A stretch of DNA of 64,000 nt from Minisyncoccota bacterium (GTDB lineage: Bacteria; Patescibacteriota; Minisyncoccia; Phycocordibacterales; UBA918), in assembly GCA_937975855.1 (NCBI GenBank), contig CALJTT010000004.1, positions 5,583 through 69,582 of the forward strand. Reading direction: 5' to 3'. Each line of letters opens with the position of its first letter. The first letter of the stretch is position 1. The translations under genes and the position numbers were made by a program. The notes beneath the pieces were generated by a model. That model was not told the DNA's origin. It was given only the letters and a program-made list of their open reading frames with translations, and ran no database searches. This document shows positions 30,501-37,282 of this stretch, in pieces.

Positions 30501-33500
30501 CAATTGATTCACTAGTTAAAGTTCCAGTTGTTGATCCAGTTATCAATTGAACAGAATCGCCAGACACCTCTACACCATCAAGAGCACCAGCTTGGAACTG
30601 CTCGTTTTCTGTCTGGAACCAAGCAGTGGCCAGTAATGTCGCATCTACAGTAAAGTTATAGATCTCTGACCAGTTACCCCAACTATTTGAACCTTCTGGG
30701 TCGCGAGCTTGAATGCGCCAGTAGTACGTAGTGCCGTCTGTAAAAGAGACTACTGGGGTGAACTTCATCTGCTCGCCATGCCTGAATGGAGCTTTGTCAG
30801 CCACAAGCACCTGGTTCTCGAACTGTGAAGAGTTTGAAATGGTATTTTTGGCAACCAGCGGAGAACCAAACGCAGGATCATCGTCGATCTCAATAGAGTA
30901 ATGTACGTTGTCACCCTCGTCATCAAACGCAGTGAAGTAGAACTCTTGGGTAGTGCTGGCGGTCTTTTCACTTATAAATGGCTTATCCAGAGTTAAAGTG
31001 TCTGGCGAAAAATTCGTTAACAGTTGCGGGTAGTGATTATAGGAAAAGAAAACTGTTCCGTCAGCTTGAACCAGCCGAAAACAATACTGCGTACCGGCCG
31101 AGGCACCATTGTGCTCTAATACAAAGTCCCATTCCCCTACGTCGCTAACTGCTATTTCGTTTGGCGTTGACGAAGCAAGCGCGTCCTCTTCATAGGTCGC
31201 CACCACCGTAGAAGAAGACAATAACGTCGATGGTAAAGTTGCGCCGTCAGCAATACCGCCAACGTTGTATCCACGCCAAATCGCTGCAGAGGCCACATCT
31301 CCCACATCAGTCCAGGTTGCAGCAAAACTACAAACGCTAGCTTCAGCAAATTGTAATTTAAAGTCAGACCCAATAGTAGAAGTGGCGTTTGTGACCTCGG
31401 TGTTTAAACGCAAGCGAACCACATCGCCATCTGCCACAGGTGTGCTGGTGGCAGTGATCGGCTCGCGCTCTATTAGATCTACTCCCCCGCCATCATTTGG
31501 CCAAGGTTCAGTCGGAGTCAAACTGGCTGCATTTGCATACCATCGTGAAGATAACTGCGTGTAAACCGGATCAACTCCCTGACGTTTTCCGAATCGCACC
31601 GTTACATACGGCGGCAGATGGTCGTCAGTTGAGAAGTCGGTAGCGTCAACCTGGTGAGTATGTGCACCAGCCGAACCAGAACTGCCCGAACGAGCATTGA
31701 TCGTCGCACTTGGGCCCGACGATGTTATTCCCAGCGCGTCAGCATGTGTATGACTTTGAACGTCACCAGTTGCGCCATATGTAGCAGCCGCTTTGATAAA
31801 CCGATTTGAAAACGCGTCGCCGTCATCAGAAACAGACACCCAGCCTCCATCGACATCTTCATCCCACATGGCAATCAGTCCGTTTGGTGGTGCGTCGTCA
31901 GCACTTAGTTCAGCCAGTAGAATCTCGATGAACGGAGGCTGATTATCAACACTGTCACTGTTCGAGTTAACGGTGTGATTGTGGGTGTCAGTTGCCCCTG
32001 ACTGTTGTGACCCACCACCTCGAATTCTGGTTCCTGCGCCGGCTGCGTTAGCTGTAGTCCCTGTAATACCATGCGTGTGAGTGTTGGATCCAGCAGTGGT
32101 ACCTGGAGTATCTTCGCCGTAGACGTACTTGCCGTCTTGTGCCGCGTAGCGATTCCAGCCAGCAGGCAGGCTAGAGGAAGCCGTGTCGAACATAGCAATT
32201 GCGCCGGCTGGAATAGTTGTTGGTTCACCAGCAGCCACATCGTAGCGAATAACCCGCAGCTGTCTATATTCGGGAAGGTTTGATTCTGAACTGATGGTTG
32301 GTGTGTACGTATGAGTATGACTGACAGGCGCAACCGCTCCAGAACCACTTTCTGTAGACGCTGCTGCAGAACCCAAAACCGAACCAACGGCAGTGTGCGT
32401 GTGAGTAGCAGCGCCACCAGTGTTGTTGTAAGTGGAGCTGGCGACAATAAAGCGCTGGTAAAAAGGATCAGCCGGGGCACAAGATACACACACCCAGTCG
32501 GTCGGGATACTGGCGCCAGAGTCCCAGAAAAGCAACATCTTACCAACTGCATCTGATGCGATTTGCCATTGCCGATGCTCTACAAACGAGATGTTAGAAG
32601 AACCTGTGGTACTGGCAGTGCGAACAACATCACCCTGCAACTCTGCTGCTCCCAGCACAAACAGGAATGGAGATATGTCAGGGGCGTCAAACTGATAAGA
32701 GACCTCAATCGATTCCCCTGCAGACACAGACACGTCCCAGGTCAAAACCTGATCGTCATTGTCGATAGTAATTGAAGCGTCCGTATCGAATATTTCAAAA
32801 TCTTTGGGGACTCGTTCGGTTAATGTTCCATCAAAACCCGCGCTACTGTCGACAGTTAGAATCATCGGGTACGCAGCTGGTGGATAAATACGAGTAGGCC
32901 CTTCTCGCGAAATAGACACATCTTGCGTTTCAACCACCCTAAAGGTGTCGCTGGTGAAACTAAGAACCTCACCATCGTCGCTTAGTCGTTCTAGATAAAG
33001 TTTATATTCGCCGGGTATACCAGCAGTTGAACTAGCCAGGAAATCTGGCACGTCGATTACGTTATTGCCATCACACAAGCCAGATTCGACTACCGGCAGA
33101 CGCTCGATCACACCCGCAGGATCAGTTACATACAAGTCGATGTTCGCTGAACAGATGGTGTGTCCAGTAGGGGTAATTGCACCAACAGAGAAATTGACAG
33201 ACTCGCCGGTAGCGTATTCTGTCTTGTTAGAGTTGATTGTCAAAATTCCCCACTGAAAACTGAAAGTGTCGATTGTCTGCTTGCCTCCTTCGTTCAGGGT
33301 CAGTTCGATTTCGTATTCACCAGGACGTAAATTTACGAGTTGCGCATCAGGAATTTTTATATCGAACTTACCATCTGGTGTCACCGACACCTCTGGTTGT
33401 AGTGGCATCGGTCCATAAGACTTGTGACTAACCAGAACATTCTCCACTTCTACCATGTCTGACCTGAGTATTGATCTGAACCCTCGCACTAGCGCGTTGC

Positions 33501-35061
33501 GCTGTGAAATGTATTGCAAGGTGAACTCGGGAGCCTCACTTCTAGTAAAGTTTAATTTTTTACTGATCATTGACGCTGCTTCGGGAATTTTCAGGTGCTG
33601 CAAATTTTCTGGTGAACCACGCCGTTCGATATCTTCATTTGTGACAACCTTGGTTTGCAGCTCTATCCAAGCCGCGTCCAAGAACATACCATCTAGCAGA
33701 TCAACATCCCCGCGATATACAACCGAAATAGAGATATCTTCCAGATCGGTGAGCGAAGTTACGTCCGGTAGTGCAAACAAGAAATAACCACCATTGAGAG
33801 CGTTTGAAATTTCTTCCTCCAAAAGAACCACACCAACAGTTTGTTGTGTGGTTGAAGCGCCATAGAGAACTTCGATATAAGGAGCTTCACCGTCTGCTGC
33901 AGGAGTTTTGAGTTTGGCCGCCATAGAAACGCGCAACTGGGCGTCGGTGATGAACTGGCCAGGTTGAAGTTTAGGTAGATCAAAATCAGTCACAACCAAT
34001 TCGCTCTCAACAGGGTCAATCCGCTCGTCAGATTCACCTGTATTTATGTTGGTTGTTTGCGAATCTAATGATTCAGTCGGTAGCACTTCGGTAGTTGTGG
34101 CTGCTTGAGATGAAGTTGTTGATCCTAACGGTTCTTCAGGAACAAAATCCACCACATTATCAACCAGTTCTGAATCAACAGCATTCGCGACTGAGACCTC
34201 TTCTTCAGGAACAACATCGGTTGAAGTGGCAGAAGTGACATCATTAGCTGCAACTTCTTCAGGTAAAGATTCATTGTCTGTCTCTATCACCGCAATCTCT
34301 GGCGTTGAAGTTTCCGAATCCTGCACTTCCTCTTGTTCAAGGGTTTCTTCGTCAACTACCAGATCGTCTGTTGTTGATGTTGCAATATCAACCAACAAAG
34401 GATATTTGCCAACCGATGGTCTAATTGTTTGCGACAAGTACCATGGTGTCTGATAAAGCGCCTGGGAAGTTGTGGCGGAAAAATCTTCGATCTCAGTCTT
34501 ATCCTCCTGAACTTGTTCGTCTGTAACTTCAACAGTCTGTACTTCTTCAGGAATCGCGGCAGTGTTTGAAACAGTTTCTTGTAGCTGCTCTTGTAGGCCA
34601 GAATCAGAGGACGAAGAGACGACGGGCTCTATCTCTAAATCGTTTACAACTGTCGAAGGTTCGACAGTATCTCGCTTTTTAGCTGTTGGAATGACAATTC
34701 GTTCTTGAGCTATAAACGATGAATTTTTTGCAGTGAAGTTTTGATAAAGACTGTCATTATCAAGATCGCGCACCAGCGCACGCTTGGAAGAAGCCCATGA
34801 ATCTGCCTCGGTTTCTGTTGGGTAAACCTCAACCGCAACATCAGAACCAAAGCTGATCGGTTCGCGCTTTGAGTACGCAGCTTCGGGTTCAAGAATAGAT
34901 ATTAAAAATACAACAACCAGAGTAAGAGCCAGCGATTTTGCAAAATAGTGACCAACACTAAAAGGCGAAATTAAACCATTTCGCGCTGTATTAACAGTAT
35001 TTATTTGTACTTCGTTTCTTTGGTTGTCGAGTTTATTCGTACCCACAAAGATAATGGCCAA
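18511..35061 (-). CDS. Giant (5516 aa) membrane-anchored surface protein/adhesin. Layout: N-terminal TM, acidic S/T/E/V-rich stalk, two FN3-like modules, six-bladed W-D/N-G-x-x-W beta-propeller, three tandem ~770-800-aa super-repeats of beta-helix-like units, DUF2341/LamG-like domain, Cys-containing C-terminal region ending in a Y-W-G-I tag.
   Basis: Uninterrupted 16,551-nt ORF. TM LALTLVVVFLISIL. FN3-like TTYYWRIQARDPEG (~30691-30740) and TTYWWRVRAKDP (~29911-29950). Blades VWDGTTW (29371-29420) to TWNGSSW (~28631-28665). Repeated ...SLYSQDH..DGDLYI.G.Y...WSYATDFDGT at ~26090, ~23690, ~21400. RWRNDDGN at 20711-20760 followed by D-F-D-D-L-R-F...Y-W...VWVQVP...YMYYNN (DUF2341 signature, ~20330-20700). 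Confidence 0.8.
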   Translation of the reverse strand: MAIIFVGTNKLDNQRNEVQINTVNTARNGLISPFSVGHYFAKSLALTLVVVFLISILEPEAAYSKREPISFGSDVAVEVYPTETEADSWASSKRALVRDLDNDSLYQNFTAKNSSFIAQERIVIPTAKKRDTVEPSTVVNDLEIEPVVSSSSDSGLQEQLQETVSNTAAIPEEVQTVEVTDEQVQEDKTEIEDFSATTSQALYQTPWYLSQTIRPSVGKYPLLVDIATSTTDDLVVDEETLEQEEVQDSETSTPEIAVIETDNESLPEEVAANDVTSATSTDVVPEEEVSVANAVDSELVDNVVDFVPEEPLGSTTSSQAATTTEVLPTESLDSQTTNINTGESDERIDPVESELVVTDFDLPKLQPGQFITDAQLRVSMAAKLKTPAADGEAPYIEVLYGASTTQQTVGVVLLEEEISNALNGGYFLFALPDVTSLTDLEDISISVVYRGDVDLLDGMFLDAAWIELQTKVVTNEDIERRGSPENLQHLKIPEAASMISKKLNFTRSEAPEFTLQYISQRNALVRGFRSILRSDMVEVENVLVSHKSYGPMPLQPEVSVTPDGKFDIKIPDAQLVNLRPGEYEIELTLNEGGKQTIDTFSFQWGILTINSNKTEYATGESVNFSVGAITPTGHTICSANIDLYVTDPAGVIERLPVVESGLCDGNNVIDVPDFLASSTAGIPGEYKLYLERLSDDGEVLSFTSDTFRVVETQDVSISREGPTRIYPPAAYPMILTVDSSAGFDGTLTERVPKDFEIFDTDASITIDNDDQVLTWDVSVSAGESIEVSYQFDAPDISPFLFVLGAAELQGDVVRTASTTGSSNISFVEHRQWQIASDAVGKMLLFWDSGASIPTDWVCVSCAPADPFYQRFIVASSTYNNTGGAATHTHTAVGSVLGSAAASTESGSGAVAPVSHTHTYTPTISSESNLPEYRQLRVIRYDVAAGEPTTIPAGAIAMFDTASSSLPAGWNRYAAQDGKYVYGEDTPGTTAGSNTHTHGITGTTANAAGAGTRIRGGGSQQSGATDTHNHTVNSNSDSVDNQPPFIEILLAELSADDAPPNGLIAMWDEDVDGGWVSVSDDGDAFSNRFIKAAATYGATGDVQSHTHADALGITSSGPSATINARSGSSGSAGAHTHQVDATDFSTDDHLPPYVTVRFGKRQGVDPVYTQLSSRWYANAASLTPTEPWPNDGGGVDLIEREPITATSTPVADGDVVRLRLNTEVTNATSTIGSDFKLQFAEASVCSFAATWTDVGDVASAAIWRGYNVGGIADGATLPSTLLSSSTVVATYEEDALASSTPNEIAVSDVGEWDFVLEHNGASAGTQYCFRLVQADGTVFFSYNHYPQLLTNFSPDTLTLDKPFISEKTASTTQEFYFTAFDDEGDNVHYSIEIDDDPAFGSPLVAKNTISNSSQFENQVLVADKAPFRHGEQMKFTPVVSFTDGTTYYWRIQARDPEGSNSWGNWSEIYNFTVDATLLATAWFQTENEQFQAGALDGVEVSGDSVQLITGSTTGTLTSESIVFFDGVNGTVWEDFVFTDVETTGSISYQIEYYDGSAWSLVPDSALPGNSSGFGTSPVPLLDVDTGEYDTLRVVATFTNSGGSPTLQDWTINWGYKVETPTIFSLFANEQVGTTTPTFEFVADDPQSEDLTYQISWSTDRDFAASTTRTSDVDGGFTNIVTGADTSPFNANERIRFEIQPADALTGTTTYWWRVRAKDPTGDNVYSFWTVERSLTVIPGTDVSTWFQTTKDQFDTDILSGTISTEAGYLTVATTATEAMIVYGEGIETEPRYRLWTGTVLSEEGTLLDISAPLKWSVVKAAPTREEYIAVTLGTDADINAQTYTIGEWRSQQELTTSVSDISARGFDVEYETLSGDAIAVYCDGDADPSYYVWDGTTWTSGGTINVAETTNCTWIELAANPTSDEMVIMVRGSDGNPFEAQVWDGSAWGNPTTLGRITESAYAGMALEYEESGGQAVIVASDGNPARFTWSSWNGTAWSAAANQTIGNDFEWGSLVRDEGSDDMALCLVDDTSDIAVVRWDGAAWTLDDNLETASVKTEPSFDCSFETTSGRDNHIMLTYSDATATNYQTYNNTAWSAETQVNTIINTATMQLERMGEGLILGAFLDNANDTLRFSTWNGSSWSTTVDLVTNVSVDTSPYGRPYDIGARQPGSTGSTIVSPPVYFEDGTGPYWQEFAWNDFQPGTSEIRYFVQYLSATNSWQMIPPSDLPVNELGTTTSPIDLSGLDRFTYNVVRPFAELACDGSGNCPEMYDWAVTWAAGLTISGTAQGYDQSTNVTSGNVVVAVNGVLQAGKVGTISAGVWSIDNVTVFPGDIVTVFVSGAADAAEAVGVTLYDGIGDIDGFELYERHVSIGSNDATSTPLTNLDIGSYTFTNDEDVFLSLSGSVLNTCADAGCTDAELYIKSGALYQPEGDIITHDFENNGSFTLETHSMEVSGSWENSATTSLSDSTVLFSALVGNEVIDNTGATTTFGSLTFGSTTSSAIWTVSPLLDVNGNLTVETGTLARATTSINVVGDITTGATGFWTGIGTTTLDGNSASIWSDKNVTLQNIGHVVIDGSSKIISLGSDVAAQSITIGIDDTLDASSNNYDLYVYGDWTNNNAFVARQGEVFFVATTTSHVIISAADAFYDLSFTGVGGSWSFAETEVFVNNNLTIATGTVTLPTATTTIDGSFDSTGGAFLHNNGVLYFTSDGPENITFDGAEFTNVAHNMTFEGAGTWTMTDTNATSTNDVNILQGSVLFPSGVFAIGGSLVADSGSFDGGTGTTRFYSSVAEVLTTSGSSFNNVVFDGIGSWSFSDTNALATGDLFVYGGALTLPDTFTIGGSYDNQATVSAGTSLVVFDSLDNGETIDFGADPLHDVLIASETGGWTVVSSATTTGTFTLASSSDFTMQSGESLSVAGEFHNYVGGASTTWTGSTLSLEAGAYSINNETDPGDTYGTIRVANDTDIKMWNSDAVVYDVDATGSLYSQDHGAIDGDLYIFGNYNIAGGNEYWSYATDFDGTDLAALSAQRQANVRFADGASADFDSVTFEIIGDFAASTTVANQGSGTYNVTVSGGTFDAQYHTFSNLGSTGLSLLDAVSVGVFENGSYQVDAVAGTALTLSSTTIDANPANQLYEISFSTTSAIFATNVSQTDGTPLSYWWFRSGAGNLYGESNDSDTGDPGSIRFDDSLLVITMAGTVYADAGVTPLGGPTCDGATAVVNVYVEGNPAPYTGSCDAGTGAYSISGITIVGDPALTIYLNNAAGGEQGSIITRTPTANILDADIYANRVIVRHEDLAALTINQLAVRDNSEDVDLQFVAATNTDSDTLTVLSGNELYVWASTTFTPGGEVTLAGEGAGTSYDGSLTLADNATFNAFATSTLAIGGRFTLGASSTFNAASTTVLMNASTTGKLITAGDEVTFNNLTFDGAGGGWALTADIRVLGDVLMTDGVLSGNGDIYVESGDFAGAGTVLLNGGTTTMAVANNLGGAGSWTFHNLQLGDTLSVGTTTPLFTSTTTIGGVLTIEMAHFLDAGSTIWDLAGTGVVFVEEGTFLADTSTVVYSGPGSEVLATEYYNLTLAASGAPATYTTGTPGIIVDNDLVIAGVAATTFDQTTNDPQFDINGDVTIESNGVWVLSDLATTTIAGSYDNNGVLTAGTGTLTFDGSGAISVAAGSSDFANVVIDATGDVTVTEHATATDSWLLTDANTFTLNSGQTLSVGGTFFNDIGGAPTTWTGSTLRLYGGNNYAINASTTADSYATLEVDGTTQVRMWNSDALSYTVDTTASLYSQDHSNVDGDLYIWGSYNQTAANDHWSYATDFDGTSLAGSERIASVYIADNGSVTITGGQLSVLGSASASSTVENQGSGTYALTIGGTASSTFDYYTLSDLNIDGLVITGSASIGSLSHGSIGVSQTGGSAVTVGGTAITANPAKAFTLNQLYLDGAASGFGATATGTSVSSWRFTNHYGDIAGEGFDVDPDGDPGYVSWDDSAANITISGTVYSDEGVTTAGASVCDGATTAVNVVVAGLTTYSSTCDGSGVYSVTGVTYSPGDSIIAYLLPATGEEGATVTADPVSNISNFDIYQNRVIVRHEATDPLTIADMSVWDSSDDAAIPFTAVDSAPDTLTVDSGFGLIVWTDKTFAPQGDMTVTGGSALDYDGTLKLLSGSTFDGGAAEVYSLGGSLISETDATFDAQTSSTTFTSSSAGRTVDTNDSGFYNLAFAGSGDWTMLDGDINNNFLITDGTVTLPSSTTTVSGSFVNSGGAFDANSGTLLFDSAVAGKTVTFGGSDANEVLFSGPGTWTMSDTTATATASFIVVDGTVTLPTGTLTVAGDFVVDGTIAHAGGEVVLTSTTGGNLVTLSGNDLNSLTIAAAAGDYTLIDMSASLLDSLTLTGGTFTVGTGTLAIGGSFDVSGGTYSHASGTLLFNSNDAGEFIDPGANDLYNVVIAGTGGWTLTDSATTTNNFSLSNAGSFTVVPGSVLYVGGVFSNDVGGAATTWTSTTLVLDGSNEYETNDKTIPTEAYDTLVLGENTDISSWNSSATTVSVPSSSSWYSQDHAGADGDLNIYGDYHISTTTEYWSYATDFDGTDLSGSERVVTVRLADNSSATVDGGSLQIVGEAGNETNITNQGSGTYSFAVSSGALNALYYSVRNTDAAGWQLSGVPTISSLSYGDFELAVDGGSLMTLSSSTVNANASLIITGSRFATSASITGNNITLSGVTGNVWTFASHVGNLDGEVYDIDGATDCGSVRWGDSSCLITQQTDFRWRNDDGNAQVPDIEWMNTDWAARQPVRLTNADAATYTDVAVQVTVPYDSDMRSDFDDLRFTDNTGTTTVPYWIGSSTDSTIVEVWVQVPTMPAESDTVLYMYYNNPSATSSSDLEQVFVAADDFEDNDIAEYTGQTALFATDASFAFDGTYGLGNAGNESSRATLGGMYRFDQSVSQGETIRYQQYVDTSAGTSDETCVLFGVQSPGSTNENYAVCIEQFGTDRITLVRDAVENDASGTIIGSSTVTYTTGWYEVEVDWRTNDTFDLRLYNDAGTQVTSFSASDSTYTTGGYGFTFWFHNGGWDSFSSRPTMTSKPNVRFGAEQSDGGATWAAEQNTAATFEAGDTARLRLAVENSGGAITAQRFALEYVPKGSAPSCEAVSTAGYLDVPVQSSCGLSPVCMQTSTEVTNGETTVDLLNDVSGQFTAGELREDPSNETGDLDIAMFEYTEIEYVITPTINVDDQNLCFRVTDQGTELDTYLEVAELTLRFDPVLGSLSLNDGLDISLSAGTTTEIIASTTVTDLNGIADIVSATTTFYKTSVGAACSPDDNNCYVATSSCTYTNCTTNACSLQCSAPIVYHADPTDLDGAEEWFAFMEVEDTTGAVDFVTSTGVELLTLRALDIQNSIAYGVVEVTNNTGAFNPAVTLHNIGNESIDVQIAGTDMSDGASSVIAAAQQRYATSTFNYAACVGCSALTVTPANLELDLSKPTTTTPGVTDNLYWGIEVPFGSASRPHTGINSFTAIGD
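20700..28500 (-). repeat. Three tandem in-frame super-repeats (~2.3-2.4 kb each, ~770-800 aa) inside the giant gene, each composed of shorter ~45-50-aa beta-helix-like sub-repeats
   Basis: Anchor motif (S/W)LYSQDH..(V/I)DGDL(Y/N)I.G.Y.......(Y/H)WSYATDFDGT(D/S)L recurs at ~26090, ~23690, ~21400. Flanking segments align over hundreds of residues (e.g., SGTVY(A/S)D.GVT..G..CDGAT.AVNV.V and IYANRVIVRHE(D/A)). Confidence 0.75.
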
Positions 35062-35094
35062 GCCTCATAAGATAGAGACGTGAGCCATTCTAAA

Positions 35095-35131
35095 GTATAA
35101 CGCGCGACTCCAAAGGAATCGCGCGTTATAC
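35095..35131 (-). promoter_or_regulatory. Perfect 13-bp inverted repeat hairpin (gtataacgcgcga / tcgcgcgttatac, 11-nt loop) between the cohesin-anchor gene end and the giant gene start. Either a terminator/insulator or a 5'-leader structure.
   Basis: Read directly. Located 34 nt upstream of the giant gene start codon and 28 nt downstream of the 35159 gene stop. Confidence 0.4.
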
Positions 35132-35158
35132 TCAGTTTTGTTGATTACTAGGCCTGCT

Positions 35159-36697
35159 TTACTTCAGAATCGCCTTTACATCACTGATTTCTTTTTCAAT
35201 CAAGGTTTCAGATACCTCTAGTGCTTGAGTCAAGCCTTGGACCGCTTCTCTTTCCTTTTCGGTTAGACGCTTGCGTTTTGTAATATGATTAACCTGATCG
35301 TAAATTTCGTCTCGTAAGGCAGAGAAAATTTTCTCCATCTGGTCTTGTATTTCGCGGGTTTCTCTGCGTAGTTTTTCTTCTTTGATACGCAGTTGCTTGT
35401 GTTCGTACCAAACGTAGATCAGCAGTAAGAGTATTGTAAGGAATAGGAAGAAGATCAGCAGGTTAATGAAGGTGAAGTAATCCCAGAACGACCATTCTTC
35501 AACTAGTTCTACTGGCTTAGTCCACCCAGCGGTAATCAAAGCTGCAGCGGTTGTCTCCCTGGAATTGCCCGCCATATCGTAGGCAGTTACGTATACAGAG
35601 TATGTACCGTCTTCCAACTCGCCCAGTAAGTAACCCAGCTCTGCCTGCTGTGGAGTCACAGTGATTGGCTCCCCTCCATCAATAACTAATTTATAGTAGT
35701 CGATGCCGGAAGTAGAATCATTCGCAGCAAAGGTGAGGGTCGGGAACGAGTCTCGGGAAGGGCCCGGGTTTACACCAATGGTAAATGGTTCCGGTTCGGT
35801 TGTATCAATTTTCAACTGACGATTGGTCGTTGCACCCCAACCAACCTGGTTCTTAAAGTTGATACTGACATACTGAATCCCGTCAGTCGTGTTATCTGAA
35901 CTGACAACAAATTCATCAGTTGGTGGATCGATGATCGCTTCAAAGTTGTCTTGAGGAATGTTCTCAGGATCAGTACTAACTTCAACTGCAACCGCACTAA
36001 CATCAAACGGAAGTGTCCAGGCAAAGACACCGTCTGTGCTGTTGTACCAAATTTCAGAGTCGAGGAATATAGGTGATCCGATTTCTGGTGGTCGTGGAGG
36101 GTCACCGAAGATAATTGCTTCTTCAGAATCTTGGGCAGGCTGTGCAGCCGGTGCAGGTGCTTCTGCAGGTTCAGGTGTAGGGGCAGGCGGAGGTGTTGCC
36201 GCACCGCTCAGGGAATAATTACCACCAGTTCCGTTCTCAAAAACATCTGTACCACGACCGTCAGCTGCTAGTACAGAAGCTTCACCAAAATCCACTACAG
36301 CGTCACCTTCCCCAACGACTCTGAATGTCACATTAACCAGGTTAGATGTGGTAGTAAAAGGAGTTGGGCTACCGCCACCAAAGGTCACAGTTCCAGCGCT
36401 ATTAGAAAAGGTTGGCTCTGTAGTCCAAAGTGAGAAAACTGAACCTGACTTACTAACACTAACGACAGAAAGTTTACTAGCATCAAATGAAAGAGTTGAT
36501 TCGACAGCATTAACACTATCTCCACCTGGAACCGCACGAACAGTCACGGTAAAAGTTTGTCCGGAGGAATAAGAGCCTGTACTAGGTGAGACCACTAGAT
36601 CAGCCGCCAAAGAAAAATGGGCGCTCAGGAAAAATAATAAAATCGCTATTAGGGATAAGACGATTTGTTTTGGAAAGAACTGCTTTTGTTGAATCAT
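35159..36697 (-). CDS. Type-I membrane protein: signal peptide, N-terminal cohesin-like domain, Pro/Ala-rich linker, Ig-like domains, C-terminal TM helix and conserved cytoplasmic coiled-coil tail (paralog of 5999..7768)
   Basis: Signal (LSLIAILLFFLSAHFSLAA). Cohesin-like block LVVSPSTGSYSSGQTFTVTVRAV...VNAVESTLSFDASKLSVVSV..SVFSLWTTEP...TVTFGGGSP. Linker PPPAPTPEPAEAPAPAAQPAQ. TM FINLLIFFLFLTILLLLIYVWY. The tail ends ...TLIEKEISDVKAILK (compare ...AVEKEIQDVTKLAEKD in the paralog). Confidence 0.55.
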   Translation of the reverse strand: MIQQKQFFPKQIVLSLIAILLFFLSAHFSLAADLVVSPSTGSYSSGQTFTVTVRAVPGGDSVNAVESTLSFDASKLSVVSVSKSGSVFSLWTTEPTFSNSAGTVTFGGGSPTPFTTTSNLVNVTFRVVGEGDAVVDFGEASVLAADGRGTDVFENGTGGNYSLSGAATPPPAPTPEPAEAPAPAAQPAQDSEEAIIFGDPPRPPEIGSPIFLDSEIWYNSTDGVFAWTLPFDVSAVAVEVSTDPENIPQDNFEAIIDPPTDEFVVSSDNTTDGIQYVSINFKNQVGWGATTNRQLKIDTTEPEPFTIGVNPGPSRDSFPTLTFAANDSTSGIDYYKLVIDGGEPITVTPQQAELGYLLGELEDGTYSVYVTAYDMAGNSRETTAAALITAGWTKPVELVEEWSFWDYFTFINLLIFFLFLTILLLLIYVWYEHKQLRIKEEKLRRETREIQDQMEKIFSALRDEIYDQVNHITKRKRLTEKEREAVQGLTQALEVSETLIEKEISDVKAILK

Positions 36698-36700
36698 AAA

Positions 36701-37231
36701 TTAATCTTTAGCTCTTTTAGTACTCTTTTTCCTAACCACCCTTCTCTTTACTTTAGCTTTTGCGTTTGAACCTTGTGCTCTGCGGCCACCGCTTACTTTA
36801 AGAGTAACCTTTTCCTTTTCACTAGGTTTCAAGAGTGGCAACATTAGTATAAGTACACCATTTTTTATTTTAGCGTCAGCCTTTTCTATGTTTACACTTT
36901 CTGGGAGAATGATCCGTCGGTAAAAATCTCCCCAGACGCATTCTTCCGCCACAAAAGAGCCCTGCACTTTTTTGCCTGGAAAAGCTATGTATTCTGGCCT
37001 GATCCTTTTTCCTTCTATCAAGACTATATCTGCATCACCCTCAATTGAGACACGTACGTCATTCATATCCGCCCCCGCTGACTGGGCGTAGACCACAATC
37101 ATGCGTTCGGTTTGGTACACGTCAACGTGCAACTGAGCAACTTTGTCCGCAGCAGTTTCTTCAGCGTCTGACAACAACCCCTGATCCTGGTTACGAACAC
37201 CCCTACCTTTAAGTCTCTGTAGAAAGGACAT
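36701..37231 (-). CDS. Small heat-shock protein, Hsp20/alpha-crystallin family, with Lys/Arg-rich C-terminal tail
   Basis: ACD-like core LHVDVYQTERMIVVYAQSAGADMNDVRVSIEGD.DIVLIEGKR and ...NIEKADAKIKNGVLILMLPL. C-terminal KAKVKRRVVRKKSTKRAKD. Confidence 0.65.
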   Translation of the reverse strand: MSFLQRLKGRGVRNQDQGLLSDAEETAADKVAQLHVDVYQTERMIVVYAQSAGADMNDVRVSIEGDADIVLIEGKRIRPEYIAFPGKKVQGSFVAEECVWGDFYRRIILPESVNIEKADAKIKNGVLILMLPLLKPSEKEKVTLKVSGGRRAQGSNAKAKVKRRVVRKKSTKRAKD

Positions 37232-37282
37232 ATACGACTATTATACTTAATTACAGGAAGCGCGTTTGTGGTTTACCCACAA

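Noticed and set aside
19500-34900. Dozens of 60-215-aa ORFs on both strands nested inside the giant gene (e.g., 20098..20529, 27239..27754, 31905..32552, 25476..25892)
   Set aside because: They lie in alternative frames of a continuous 16.5-kb ORF with clear protein-level repeat structure. Their translations are low-complexity (V/T/S/P/A-rich or R/L-rich), as expected from frame-shifted or antisense readings. No independent signals.
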